Source: an uncultured Candidatus Saccharibacteria bacterium (GTDB taxonomy: Bacteria > Patescibacteriota > Minisyncoccia > Phycocordibacterales > UBA9973). From it: a stretch of DNA of 64,000 bases. A program made the translations under genes and the position numbers. The stretch covers positions 86,061-150,060 of the forward strand of contig CAYZYV010000002.1 of assembly GCA_964482735.1 (NCBI GenBank), read 5' to 3'. This document shows positions 30,500 through 40,942 of this stretch, one piece after another (position 1 is the first letter of the stretch; every line of letters begins with the position of its first letter). Under the pieces are notes generated by a model that did no database searches, had not been told where the DNA came from, and saw only the letters and a program-made list of their open reading frames with translations.

Positions 30500-30723
30500 T
30501 TTTATCTTTAGATTAAATATGATAATATGTAAATATAATTTAATATTTGAGTAGCCTAAACCAATAAGTAATTATTGGCATGGTGAATAAGTCCCCGTAA
30601 AAGATAAAGAACTCCTAGTCAGAGTTTGCCTTTTACGGGGCTGTATCTGGAAACGGATACAGGTGGGTTAAAATCCACCATGCTGGCTGGGAGCTTTTTG
30701 CTTCCTAGTCTAAAAATATTTTT

Positions 30724-30936
30724 ATGAAAACACTTTATAAATGGCAAAAAATAGCTTTATGGATAGTTGGTATACTAACCATTATTGCAATGGTTAGTAA
30801 TGTCACTTCTAAAACAATTAACGATGGAACTCTGGTTGGTTTATTACTTAGTATTATAACAGGTGTGCCATTAAATTTAGCAATTCTTTGGGGATTATTT
30901 AAAATCGGGAATAAAATTTTTAGAAAAAATGAATAG
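30724..30936 (+). CDS. small two-TM membrane protein
   Basis: 70 aa, hydrophobic; overlaps the next ORF. Confidence 0.65.
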   Translation: MKTLYKWQKIALWIVGILTIIAMVSNVTSKTINDGTLVGLLLSIITGVPLNLAILWGLFKIGNKIFRKNE

Positions 30937-31252
30937 ATTATTTATAAAAGTTATCTTAATAATTTTAGGCTCAACAGTAATACTGTTTATTGGAAGTTTT
31001 TTTAGATATTTATTTGACTCTAAAATTTTTACATATATTTGGGATTTGGGTACAGTTATAATATTTATCTCTACACTGGCCATAATTTATGAAATAAAAG
31101 ATTTATCTGAAAACACAAAGATTGGTTTTTCTTTTGTGTTTGTTATAATATTTTTGTTTTTAGAGATAAATTTTCCGTCAATTTTAGGGGGGCTTTCCTA
31201 TCTTTGTCCAAAGTGTAGTGTTTTAGAAGGGATTAAATTTTTAATAATGTAA
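30929..31252 (+). CDS. small three-TM membrane protein
   Basis: 107 aa, hydrophobic; CPKC near the C-terminus. Confidence 0.65.
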   Translation: MNRLFIKVILIILGSTVILFIGSFFRYLFDSKIFTYIWDLGTVIIFISTLAIIYEIKDLSENTKIGFSFVFVIIFLFLEINFPSILGGLSYLCPKCSVLEGIKFLIM

Positions 31253-31257
31253 ATTTT

Positions 31258-31770
31258 ATGAAGAGAGAAACATATTTAATTTGGATAATTTTATTGATGA
31301 TAACTGTTGGTAATTTGTTTTTTACTTATAAACATTCTCAAAATATTGCTATAGCACCAGAGAAAAGTAATATGTTTATGGATGATATTTCTCAATGCCC
31401 AGACACGAATACCAGTGATATGTATGTTTGTCTTTATAATTTAGCAGAGACAATAAACAAAGAAGCAGATACCCTTGCTAATAAACTCATTACTCAAGCT
31501 CCTATTCGCCTAAAAGAAATAATAACAACTCAAAAAGGACCAGCTTCGTTTGTTTATGGTGGTAAAGATTTTTTAACTGATTTGCCTATACAAGTAGAAA
31601 AAGCACAAAAAGCTAAAGATGACTATATAAACAGTGTTTGTAATTTAAATTCGATGAAAATCTATGGTGGTAGTGGTGTGGATCTTGAAATAGAAGCATG
31701 TAAATACCATTTTACTAATGAATATTTACAAATACTTAAAAATTTAGAAAATGGGTTAACGGAAGAATAA
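31258..31770 (+). CDS. lysozyme inhibitor LprI-like (DUF1311) exported protein
   Basis: C....TSDMYVC and C......GGSG......C pattern; N-terminal TM. Confidence 0.65.
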   Translation: MKRETYLIWIILLMITVGNLFFTYKHSQNIAIAPEKSNMFMDDISQCPDTNTSDMYVCLYNLAETINKEADTLANKLITQAPIRLKEIITTQKGPASFVYGGKDFLTDLPIQVEKAQKAKDDYINSVCNLNSMKIYGGSGVDLEIEACKYHFTNEYLQILKNLENGLTEE

Positions 31771-31775
31771 TTTTA

Positions 31776-32648
31776 CTAAAGACTTATATTGCCATTCTCG
31801 TCACATTTATAATTTTTGAAAAAATCTAGAACTCCTTTTTGTAAAGGATTTTTTGCCAATTCATTATAAACAAGTACAATGTCTTCACCTAAAATTTCTG
31901 AATGATTTAGTACGGTATTTTTTGTGTACATAACGGCACTTATACCCTCATGTTCTTTTTCAAGGAAAAAAGTCATAGGAACCTTACTTCCATTTTTCTT
32001 TAATATAAAAGGAATTGTGCTCCATCCATATTTTAATGGTCCACCATTTATCGGGCGAGATATAGTTTGATAACCTACAGCAAATACCGCCCTAAGTATC
32101 AACGGGATTGAAGCATCAACATGATCAAGAGCACCTCTAGATACAGCTATAACAAATTGATCAGAATCTTTTACTATTCCATCTTCTATATACTTTTCAT
32201 ACTTTTCTTTTAAAACAGATGCAATTCGTATAAGCATTTCATCACTTGGAACATTTTGAACAATACCAGTAATTGTTTCTGGAACCCTATCTTCTCCTTT
32301 CCCTTTTTCACAAGCAACACACTCAATCCAAATTTTTTTACCTTCATATTCAATTAGAATATCAGGACCTATGTCTTTAGATGAAAAAGTAATTCCTTTT
32401 TCCAATAATACACAACCAAGATACATTTCCCATGTTCTTTGATGAAACTTTTTTTTAATTTCTTTTAAGAAATTACTGTCAGCATATTGGTAATATTTTT
32501 GATAAAGAGAATCAAATTTATTTTTCCTTTCTTTTATTGATCCGCTTGTAACATAATAACTATCATAATTGGAATATTTTTTTATTAATGTCTGAAGTTC
32601 TGTTTCGGTTGTAATAAGTGGAAAATTATCTGTAAACAAATATTTCAT
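31776..32648 (-). CDS. hypothetical protein, PD-(D/E)xK-like nuclease candidate
   Basis: WEMYLG..L...G and GPDILIEYEGKKIWIEC; starts 2 nt after the higA stop. Confidence 0.6.
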   Translation of the reverse strand: MKYLFTDNFPLITTETELQTLIKKYSNYDSYYVTSGSIKERKNKFDSLYQKYYQYADSNFLKEIKKKFHQRTWEMYLGCVLLEKGITFSSKDIGPDILIEYEGKKIWIECVACEKGKGEDRVPETITGIVQNVPSDEMLIRIASVLKEKYEKYIEDGIVKDSDQFVIAVSRGALDHVDASIPLILRAVFAVGYQTISRPINGGPLKYGWSTIPFILKKNGSKVPMTFFLEKEHEGISAVMYTKNTVLNHSEILGEDIVLVYNELAKNPLQKGVLDFFKNYKCDENGNISL

Positions 32649-32650
32649 TT

Positions 32651-33712
32651 TTATGCAAATTTTAACCTAGGTCTTAAACTAGATACCATATTCCATGGAA
32701 CTTTTTTATCATGACACAACCTACCAGCAACGATGCCAGGATGAACTCCTAAACTTTTTGCAAAATTAATCACGCCATCTCTTGTTAATGGCTTCTTTAA
32801 GAAATCTATATAGTTTTCTTCTGGTATTAATTTATCACTGGCAAAATCATCGGCTTCTTTTTCCTTCTCTTGAACAATAGATAATTCTTTATTATCAAAC
32901 TCAATAAATTTCTCTTTTTTACCATGTAATATTAAATGTCCTAATTCATGATATAAATTAAACCAAAAAATATCTGCCCATGAGTTATAAATACTCAGCT
33001 GTATTACAGGATTATTATTAATCCACCTAACAGCCCCACTTACTCCACTACCTGAAAAATGAGGAATATATACTAAAGCTACTCCGGCTTGATTTAAAAT
33101 TTTAATTACTTCTTTTGAAAAATCTTCCGGTTTTTTTACTGATAGTAATTTAATTTGTGATAAAGATTCTTTTAGCTTTATTTCGGAATATTCCGGAAGA
33201 ACATTTTTTTTAGATTCCAACTCACCACACCTAAGCCATGTTGCAATAACTTCACTTTTAATATTTAGATTATTTTTTTTACGATAAGCAACAGTTTCTG
33301 TTGTCTGAACATATGACAAAGAATTAACCCCAAAAAATCTCCAGAGATTTTCAACTTTTTTATAGTTATTTGTGGTTTTTTCAACAAATCCTCGTTTTGC
33401 AAGTTCTGCATAAGGGAATTTAGAAATCATTTCTGTTTCTTTTTTAATTATTGAAATTCTTTCAATTCTAGCTCTAGTTTCTTGATATTTTTTTTCAAGA
33501 TTAACCCAAAAGGAAGCTGATCCACCTAAAGCATTTTCTAAAAGTAGTGCAGTCTCAACAGTTATGGAAGCTTCTCCATTTATTATTTGACTTATATGTT
33601 TCTCTGTGAGACCTGTTCTCTCGCTGAGACTTTTTTGAGTCATTCCTTCACGATCTAGGGCTTTTGAAATGGTATACCCGGGGTGTATTGCTTTGTTTGG
33701 ATTATAAACCAT
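32651..33712 (-). CDS. higA: HigA family antitoxin fused to an ImmA/IrrE Zn-peptidase domain
   Basis: IHPG..HTH..FWVNLE; FWFNLYHELGHLILH; EKEADDFA. Confidence 0.88.
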   Translation of the reverse strand: MVYNPNKAIHPGYTISKALDREGMTQKSLSERTGLTEKHISQIINGEASITVETALLLENALGGSASFWVNLEKKYQETRARIERISIIKKETEMISKFPYAELAKRGFVEKTTNNYKKVENLWRFFGVNSLSYVQTTETVAYRKKNNLNIKSEVIATWLRCGELESKKNVLPEYSEIKLKESLSQIKLLSVKKPEDFSKEVIKILNQAGVALVYIPHFSGSGVSGAVRWINNNPVIQLSIYNSWADIFWFNLYHELGHLILHGKKEKFIEFDNKELSIVQEKEKEADDFASDKLIPEENYIDFLKKPLTRDGVINFAKSLGVHPGIVAGRLCHDKKVPWNMVSSLRPRLKFA

Positions 33713-33722
33713 AAATTTATAT

Positions 33723-34058
33723 TTAATGATAATTGATAAATATTTCTATTATTAAAATAAATGTTATACTTTTATAATTATCTATTCTAAAATTTGGGTC
33801 TCCATCATGATTCGGTTTAAATATAATTCTATATTTATTATCAACATCAACAGCAAAACATCCTTTATATTCTCCCTTTAATGGGTGGGGGCGATAACTA
33901 TGTGGAACATCAGATAATGCATCAGCTGAAATAAGTATGTTTAATGTGTTCAGAATATCCGTAGCATAATCAATTCCTTTTTTGTTATATCTTTTACATA
34001 AGGCATTGTAATCATTAACAAGGGCCTCGTGTTTTGGATTATCAAATACTATTCTCAT
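33723..34058 (-). CDS. higB: HigB/RelE-like toxin
   Basis: HPLKGEYKGCFAVDV...YRIIF and terminal NYH; upstream of higA. Confidence 0.82.
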   Translation of the reverse strand: MRIVFDNPKHEALVNDYNALCKRYNKKGIDYATDILNTLNILISADALSDVPHSYRPHPLKGEYKGCFAVDVDNKYRIIFKPNHDGDPNFRIDNYKSITFILIIEIFINYH

Positions 34059-34196
34059 ATTAACAAATATTACTAAAAACTGCAACTTTTTTATTTACCA
34101 TTTTGGTAAATAAAAAAACTAATAAATCGTTTATTTTCTGATGTTTATTATGGTATTTAATTATATATAATAAGTTATCCACAAGTATTATTTAAA

Positions 34197-35843
34197 TTAT
34201 TTCTTAAGCCTTCCTTTTGAGCCAATTTTATTATCGTCCACAATATCTCGGAGTTGATTGATTAGAACCATAATTTCTTCAATTTTTTTTACAATGCGTT
34301 TTTGTTCAGCAAGAGGTGGGAGTGGTATATTAGCAGATTTAACTTTCTCTGCATTAAGATTTTTTACAACTGCACCAGAAACTATATCTGCGAATTGTTG
34401 AAAAAATACGTTTGAGGATAACATATAATAAAAAAAATCTCTAAAGGTTTCTTTGTAATAGGGTTTTAAAACCAGCCAGCCGTCGTGAATACATCCATCA
34501 ATCTTTAATATATATGGTCTCCCAAAACTCATTGAGTTAGTAAGAAGTAAATCTCCAACATGTACCATTCTTGTCTTTTTTAAACCAGCTTTAATAATTT
34601 TTTCTTTAGTAGAATATATATATTTTCCTCCTTGTTCTGTGTCTCCAATCTTTATCCAATTCAATCCGTCATCATTATTCGTTATATAACTTTCAATTGG
34701 ACGTGGTGAGCCACCTCTTTCAACTGAAAATACATCACCGAGCTTAACCCATTTCCATGATTTTGGAATTTCAAAAAGTAAATCTTTATTATCCATAAAA
34801 ATTGACTCCTTATTTTTCTTTTTTTTATTATCATTTATTTCTATTCTTTTCTTTTCAATATTAATAAAAGATAATAGATCTTCCGCAGTTCCTTCTTTTT
34901 TATCCTGCGGAACTAATTTACCAGAAACAGCAAGGCTTAAAATTGCATCTTCTAACTCTTTAATATCTTCAGGCGTTTTTACCAATTCGGCTAATTGTTT
35001 TAGCGCAATTTTTGTTTCTCCTTTTCCGAGAGATTGCATGGCGCTACGAGTAAGACGGGAGCGAATTTCATCACGTTCATTTTTCCTAATTTCAAGCTTG
35101 TCTAATTGTTTTATTACTTCTTCAATTTTTTTTACAATGCGATTTTGTTCTTTGTATGGAGGCAAAGGAATAACAAAAGATTTTATATCGTCCATCGATA
35201 TATTATCATTTGTAGAATTTTTCTTTTTATTAATAAAATCTTGTATATAAGAAGAAAGGATTACATAATTAATATATTCCGAAATAATATTATCGTTAAT
35301 CTTTATAGTTGCAACTCTTTGATTTGTTACCATTTTTTCATCTATATTTCTTACAAAATAACTCTTACCAACTGTACCACCAGTCATACATAAAAGTATA
35401 TTTTCATTATTTATTTCGAATTGAGCTAAACTCGAATAATAATCATGACGTACTATTTTATTATTTTTAAATCCATTTTCGTCAAAATCAGATATCTTAA
35501 TTACTCTAACTCCAGTATTTTTAAAATTTTGGCTTTTAAAGGCATATCCACCATTAATGTCAGATAAATTATTTAATCTTGTCCATTTCCAAGATATAGG
35601 AATTTCAAATGGGATTTCTTCTTCATTTATATTTAAAAGTTTTTTTTCTGTATCATTCTTTAAACATTCTGATTTAATTTTATTAAATAATTCTTCACCA
35701 GTTCCTTCTTTTTTATCCTGTGGAACTAATTTACCAGACATAGCCAAAGTAAGTATCGCTTTACGAAGGCGATTTATTCCATCTGGTACTTCTATGAAAT
35801 CATCAATATTATTAGCAATAGTTTTTATATCATTTAGTATCAT
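34197..35843 (-). CDS. hsdS: type I restriction-modification specificity subunit
   Basis: Two TRDs; repeated LA.SGKLVPQD, FEIP.SWKW and PLPP..EQ.RIV; ATG overlaps the hsdM end. Confidence 0.95.
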   Translation of the reverse strand: MILNDIKTIANNIDDFIEVPDGINRLRKAILTLAMSGKLVPQDKKEGTGEELFNKIKSECLKNDTEKKLLNINEEEIPFEIPISWKWTRLNNLSDINGGYAFKSQNFKNTGVRVIKISDFDENGFKNNKIVRHDYYSSLAQFEINNENILLCMTGGTVGKSYFVRNIDEKMVTNQRVATIKINDNIISEYINYVILSSYIQDFINKKKNSTNDNISMDDIKSFVIPLPPYKEQNRIVKKIEEVIKQLDKLEIRKNERDEIRSRLTRSAMQSLGKGETKIALKQLAELVKTPEDIKELEDAILSLAVSGKLVPQDKKEGTAEDLLSFINIEKKRIEINDNKKKKNKESIFMDNKDLLFEIPKSWKWVKLGDVFSVERGGSPRPIESYITNNDDGLNWIKIGDTEQGGKYIYSTKEKIIKAGLKKTRMVHVGDLLLTNSMSFGRPYILKIDGCIHDGWLVLKPYYKETFRDFFYYMLSSNVFFQQFADIVSGAVVKNLNAEKVKSANIPLPPLAEQKRIVKKIEEIMVLINQLRDIVDDNKIGSKGRLKK

Positions 35844-37275
35844 GGTGAGAAAGCGCTTCGGTGATAACTGTGCGAATTTGCTCAAGCACTTTTTTCACCT
35901 CTTGCTGTTTATTATGGTATGTTTCAAGTAATTCCTCTGGTGATTCAAGAACATCAACAGGAGTTCGAGGGTTCTTTATATCCAAGTTATAATTACGCTT
36001 GATAATTTCGTCTATAGAAACTTTCCACGCTTGATCATTTTCTTCACGATTATTCCACCATTTTGTCTCTTTTTCAAACTCATCAAATTTAATAGGGTTA
36101 GTCATCGAATATGCCTTTTGCCCTTCGGGGAGTGGATGCTCATAATACCAAATCTCCTTGGTTGGTTCACCTTTTGTAAAGAAAAGTAAGTTTGTTGCAA
36201 TAGTTGTATATGGGGCAAAAACACTCTTTGGTAAACGAACAATGGTGTGAAGATTACATTCTTCTAATAACTGTTTTTTGAGGGTTGTTTTCATACCTTC
36301 ACCAAACAAGGTTCCGTCGGGAAGAACCATACCTGCACGGCCATGTTTTTTAAGTAAACGCATAATAAGAACAAGAAAAAGATCTGCTGTTTCTCTTGTT
36401 TGAAATTCTTTTGGAAAATTAGATTCAATACCTGGCTCTTCAGTACCACCGAATGGAGGATTTGTAATAATACAATCTACCTTATCTGAATCTGTGTAAT
36501 CACGTATAGGTTTTTCTAGGGTGTTTCCACGGCGCATTGTCACAGGTTCTTCGATCCCGTGAAGCATCATATTGGTTATTAGAAGCATAAATGGAAGCGG
36601 TTTCTTTTCAACGCCATAGATACTCTGTTGAATTTTTTGTTCATCTTTAACTGATTTAACTTGTTTACGCATATGCTCAAGAGCATGTACCAAGAATCCT
36701 CCAGTGCCTACAGCTGGATCCATAACAGATTCACCAACTTTTGGATCTACCATTTCTACGACAAATTGAGTTACAGCACGAGGAGTATACATTTCTCCGA
36801 AATTACCAGCACTTTGTAAACTTTTTAAAAGACGTTCATATATGTCGTTAAAAGCATGACGATCTTTTGATGCATTGAAATCTATTTCATTTATTTTATT
36901 TATAACCTGTTTAAGTAAAGTACCTTTGCGCATAAAGTTATAAACATCCTTAAATGCCATACGTGTAAGGTCGGTTCTTTTGTTTCCTGATTCAGGAAGA
37001 TCTCTTAACCCAGGAAGTAAATCATTATTTACAAAATCAATGAGCTTATCTCCGGTCATCCCATCGAGAGGACCTGCCCATGTACGCCACTGATATTTTT
37101 TAGGAAGTGTAGGGATAAATTTATCTTTACGTATTTCAAGAGCTTTATCTTCATCATCTAAAATTTTTAGATAGATAAGCCAAACCATCTGAGACAAACG
37201 TGTAGCATCACCATCTACACCAACATCTTGGCGCATTATGTCTTGAATTGCTTTTATTGTTGATGGACTAAACAT
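35830..37275 (-). CDS. hsdM: type I N6-adenine methyltransferase
   Basis: GEMYTPR, DPAVGTGGFL, TNPPF. Confidence 0.97.
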   Translation of the reverse strand: MFSPSTIKAIQDIMRQDVGVDGDATRLSQMVWLIYLKILDDEDKALEIRKDKFIPTLPKKYQWRTWAGPLDGMTGDKLIDFVNNDLLPGLRDLPESGNKRTDLTRMAFKDVYNFMRKGTLLKQVINKINEIDFNASKDRHAFNDIYERLLKSLQSAGNFGEMYTPRAVTQFVVEMVDPKVGESVMDPAVGTGGFLVHALEHMRKQVKSVKDEQKIQQSIYGVEKKPLPFMLLITNMMLHGIEEPVTMRRGNTLEKPIRDYTDSDKVDCIITNPPFGGTEEPGIESNFPKEFQTRETADLFLVLIMRLLKKHGRAGMVLPDGTLFGEGMKTTLKKQLLEECNLHTIVRLPKSVFAPYTTIATNLLFFTKGEPTKEIWYYEHPLPEGQKAYSMTNPIKFDEFEKETKWWNNREENDQAWKVSIDEIIKRNYNLDIKNPRTPVDVLESPEELLETYHNKQQEVKKVLEQIRTVITEALSHHDTK

Positions 37276-37276
37276 A

Positions 37277-39646
37277 TTATTTGGTATACATTACATCTAA
37301 TAATTCATCGACTGTTTTAAAATATCCTTCCTTGCCACCAAATAATGAAACAAGTTCATAGTCGGTTCCAATAGAACGAAATGGTTCCAGTGTGAGAATT
37401 CTAACATTCTCAATATCTTTCAGGGTTACATCTGCATATTTTTGGAGTAAAGCCTCAAGAACTTCTCTTGCTTTTCCACTATATTTATCTAAATAATTTG
37501 AACGACGAACAGCTTCTATCCTTTCGTTCTTTTTCATCATTTTCTTATCATAACCAACGTGCATTATCAGATCAAAAAGATCAAACTCTGCACCAACTTG
37601 TTTTTGAAGTTCTTCAAGTGGAATTCCACTTGCGTCTATCTGATCAATGATTGCTTGGCGACGATCTGCTGATTGCCATGCTGTAAAGAAACTTTCAAGT
37701 GTTGGGTAATGCGTAAGAATATTCTTACGTGTAAAATCAGTTAATGACTGTGTTAGAAGTTTTCCATCAGGTCCAAGATATTGAACTTGTTCTTTTACTA
37801 CAGCATAAGGCACTCCACTTAAAGTAAATACTGGAGGTCTATCAATAACATCTAGAGATGACCCTTTTGAAAGAATAACGTCAACGAGTTTATCTTCATC
37901 CTCTTTTTCTTCAATAGTTAGTTCTGGTGGATCTTTTTCTGTTAATTCCTCTTCAATATTATCGTTTTCTCTTACTTCAAAAACACGTTCAGCAACTCCA
38001 TCAAAACCAGGATCGGCAAATAATTTTGTAACACCCTGAAAATCAATAATAGTAAACCACATTTTACCCTTATCTTCTCTTACACGAGTTCCACGACCTA
38101 TTATTTGTTTAAATTCAGTCATACTTTCTATTGGTTTATCAAGAACTATCAGTTTGCATGTTTGGGCATCAACACCGGTAGATAAAAGTTGTGATGTTGT
38201 AACTAATGTTGGATATTTTTCTTCAGGATCAATAAAACGATCCAGCTGGTTCTTTCCTTCTTCATCATCTCCCGTAATACGCATAACATAACGTGTATCT
38301 TCTAGTGATTTATCTCCTGAGGCATTTACTAATGCAGAACGCATACGTTCTGCATGTGCAGTTGTTCGGCAAAAGACAATGGTCTTAGCATAAGGATCAT
38401 TTATTGCATTAATATATTCAACTATTTTTTCAGCAACAATTTTGTCTCGCTGAGGAAAAATAACTGATTTGTTTATATCACGAAGTTCATAAATACGCTC
38501 TTCAACAAGGTTCCCATTGTCATCTATTGTACCAGGAGCAGGACGCCATCCGGTTATATCATTATCCAAGAGAACCCTTAATACTTTATATGGTGCTAAA
38601 AACCCATCATCTATACCTTGTTTTAATGAGTATGTATAAATAGACTCACCAAAATAATGAGTGGTGCTCGTGTCAGTTGTTTCTTTTGGTGTAGCTGTAA
38701 GTCCAAGGTGTGTAGCACTTGTAAAGTGATCAAGTATTTCATGCCATTCGCTATCTTCTGAGGCACTACCTCTATGACACTCATCTACTATTATCAAATC
38801 AAAGAAATCTTTTGGAAGTTTTTTGAATAATTTATCATTCTCTTCCTTTCCACTCATTGCTTGATATAAACCTAAAAATACCTCATATGCCATGAGTGAT
38901 CCTATATCATTAAAATCTTGACGAGAAATTTTTGTTAGAGCATTTCCAAAGTGTTTAAGATCGTTTACACGTGCTTGATCAACTAAAATATTTCTATCAG
39001 CAAGAAAGAGTATTCTTTTGGCGTTCCCAGATTTCCAAAGACGCCACATGATTTGTCCAGCAGTATAAGTTTTTCCTGTACCAGTTGCCATAACTAAGAG
39101 TAATCGCTTTTCACCTCGTGCAATGGCTTCAACAGAACGATCAATAGCTATTCTCTGAAAATATCGTGGTGATTTATTTGGATCATCTGAATAAAAAGGT
39201 GTTTCAATTGCAGTACGTAGTGTTGCAGATTCTCCTTTCCATTTTAAATAACGTTGGTAAAGTTCTTCTGGAGAAGGAAAATTATCTAAATTAAGAGAAG
39301 ATTCAGTCACTTCAGATATTCCGGTTCTATCATGAAAAAGATAACCATTTCCATTTGAAGAGAAAACAAAAGGCACATCAAGATTTTCTGCATAAACTAA
39401 AGCTTGTTGCATTCCTATACCAAGATCCTTATTTGAATGTTTTGCTTCTATAATTGCCAATGGTAAGTTAGGTCTATATTCAAGGAGAAAATCTACTTTC
39501 TTTTTTTCTCCACGCTTTGTAGTTTTTCCACTAACATGAATACGTCCCATTGTGTATGGATACTCCTCACGAATTTGTTGGTCTGTCCATCCAGAATTTA
39601 TTATTGATGGCCTTATTAATCTATTGCGTGTTTCTTCTTCGTTCAT
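37277..39646 (-). CDS. hsdR: type I restriction endonuclease R subunit (EcoAI-like)
   Basis: D..L.....LAIIEAK, MATGTGKT, DECH, LTATP, QIIGRGTR. Confidence 0.97.
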   Translation of the reverse strand: MNEEETRNRLIRPSIINSGWTDQQIREEYPYTMGRIHVSGKTTKRGEKKKVDFLLEYRPNLPLAIIEAKHSNKDLGIGMQQALVYAENLDVPFVFSSNGNGYLFHDRTGISEVTESSLNLDNFPSPEELYQRYLKWKGESATLRTAIETPFYSDDPNKSPRYFQRIAIDRSVEAIARGEKRLLLVMATGTGKTYTAGQIMWRLWKSGNAKRILFLADRNILVDQARVNDLKHFGNALTKISRQDFNDIGSLMAYEVFLGLYQAMSGKEENDKLFKKLPKDFFDLIIVDECHRGSASEDSEWHEILDHFTSATHLGLTATPKETTDTSTTHYFGESIYTYSLKQGIDDGFLAPYKVLRVLLDNDITGWRPAPGTIDDNGNLVEERIYELRDINKSVIFPQRDKIVAEKIVEYINAINDPYAKTIVFCRTTAHAERMRSALVNASGDKSLEDTRYVMRITGDDEEGKNQLDRFIDPEEKYPTLVTTSQLLSTGVDAQTCKLIVLDKPIESMTEFKQIIGRGTRVREDKGKMWFTIIDFQGVTKLFADPGFDGVAERVFEVRENDNIEEELTEKDPPELTIEEKEDEDKLVDVILSKGSSLDVIDRPPVFTLSGVPYAVVKEQVQYLGPDGKLLTQSLTDFTRKNILTHYPTLESFFTAWQSADRRQAIIDQIDASGIPLEELQKQVGAEFDLFDLIMHVGYDKKMMKKNERIEAVRRSNYLDKYSGKAREVLEALLQKYADVTLKDIENVRILTLEPFRSIGTDYELVSLFGGKEGYFKTVDELLDVMYTK

Positions 39647-39650
39647 AAAA

Positions 39651-40496
39651 TTATTTTCTTACATTTTCATCTAATGTTTTACCTTTATCATCTTTCCAAG
39701 CAGTCCAGCCATTGCAAGACCTACCAGCTATACAATCAGCAGCAGCACTTGGACTTTTGAAAACATAATCATTTTCAAAAATAAATGACTCCTCATTGAA
39801 TTTTTTTAGTATACCTTCGTTTTCCAGCTTCTTTCTTAATAAAGATCCACTATGATCTATAAAAGCAGGAGTTTCTTTAATTCTAGATAAAGATCCTTTA
39901 TATACAATAAATTCTCCGCTTTCTAATAATGAGCCTTTCCCATTCCCTGCTTTATTTGTAGCATCTGAAAATTCATATATTTTTTTATCTGAAATAGATT
40001 CAGTAATAACACTAAATAATTGATATCCTAATGTTTCTAGAATAAATTGAACTTTTTCAAAAAAATCTTCTACTGAAATTTTATCAATGTCTGATAGTGA
40101 ATTCTCTGGTGGTTGCACCTTATTTTGTATTACCATTCGATTTACTTTGTGCGCCAAAACAGTAGCTTTATGTTCTAAATATTTAACATGAGCTTTATTT
40201 AAAACACCGGTAAAAATTGCGGCTGTATCCCAGAAATCTTTATTTGAATCGTGATTAGTAATTCTATTATAGAAATTTTCAGATTCTCCTATGTAGGCAA
40301 GATCATCACCTGATTCTTCATCAAAACCGAACAAAACATAAAGACCTGGCTTATCTATATCAGGAAAATCTTTTAATTCTTTTAAATTTTGACGTGGCAA
40401 CAAAAAACATTTGCCAGACCATCCAGGAACTTCTATTATTTTCATTCCATTAGGGTTTCCTCCTGGAACAAGAATTTGTATGGCTTTTGATTTCAT
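39651..40496 (-). CDS. GIY-YIG nuclease with DUF4357-like C-terminus
   Basis: GLYVL...AYIGESE...RI; FKSPSAAA....GRSCNGW.AWK. Confidence 0.88.
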   Translation of the reverse strand: MKSKAIQILVPGGNPNGMKIIEVPGWSGKCFLLPRQNLKELKDFPDIDKPGLYVLFGFDEESGDDLAYIGESENFYNRITNHDSNKDFWDTAAIFTGVLNKAHVKYLEHKATVLAHKVNRMVIQNKVQPPENSLSDIDKISVEDFFEKVQFILETLGYQLFSVITESISDKKIYEFSDATNKAGNGKGSLLESGEFIVYKGSLSRIKETPAFIDHSGSLLRKKLENEGILKKFNEESFIFENDYVFKSPSAAADCIAGRSCNGWTAWKDDKGKTLDENVRK

Positions 40497-40621
40497 AAAG
40501 TTATAGTCTCATAATACTACTTTTTGCCTTATTCTCAAAGAGTGATTTAAGGAATTTGATTTTTTAAATAAATATGATACGATTATATTAGAAGCACTTT
40601 TAAATTAAATGTCAACGAACT

Positions 40622-40673
40622 AAAAATGGTGGTATTCCACCAACAAACCAAAAAATGGTGGTATTCCACCAAC
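40622..40673. repeat. two identical 23-bp palindromic direct repeats
   Basis: AAAAATGGTGGTATTCCACCAAC at 40622-40644 and 40651-40673. Confidence 0.85.
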
Positions 40674-40942
40674 TGAACTAGATAAGCTCGACAGCTTCCA
40701 TTATCAATTATCAATAAGTCATGCGCATTTATGCTGTCAGTTTAGTTGTATATAAAAAATTTAATATCAAAAAATTGTAAACATAAGTAGCACCTGGCAG
40801 AGGTGTTTTTTTGTTTTTATTAAGTATGTCGATTCTTATCTAATGAACCAACACCTCACATTAATTAGTTTTTTATGTAGGTCTTGGATAATAACAATAC
40901 ATGTTCGTTTCCAGGACCTACATAAGGAACAACGAACATGTT

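Noticed and set aside
40622-40673. Mini-CRISPR (two 23-bp palindromic repeats)
   Set aside because: The gap is only 6 nt, too short for a spacer.
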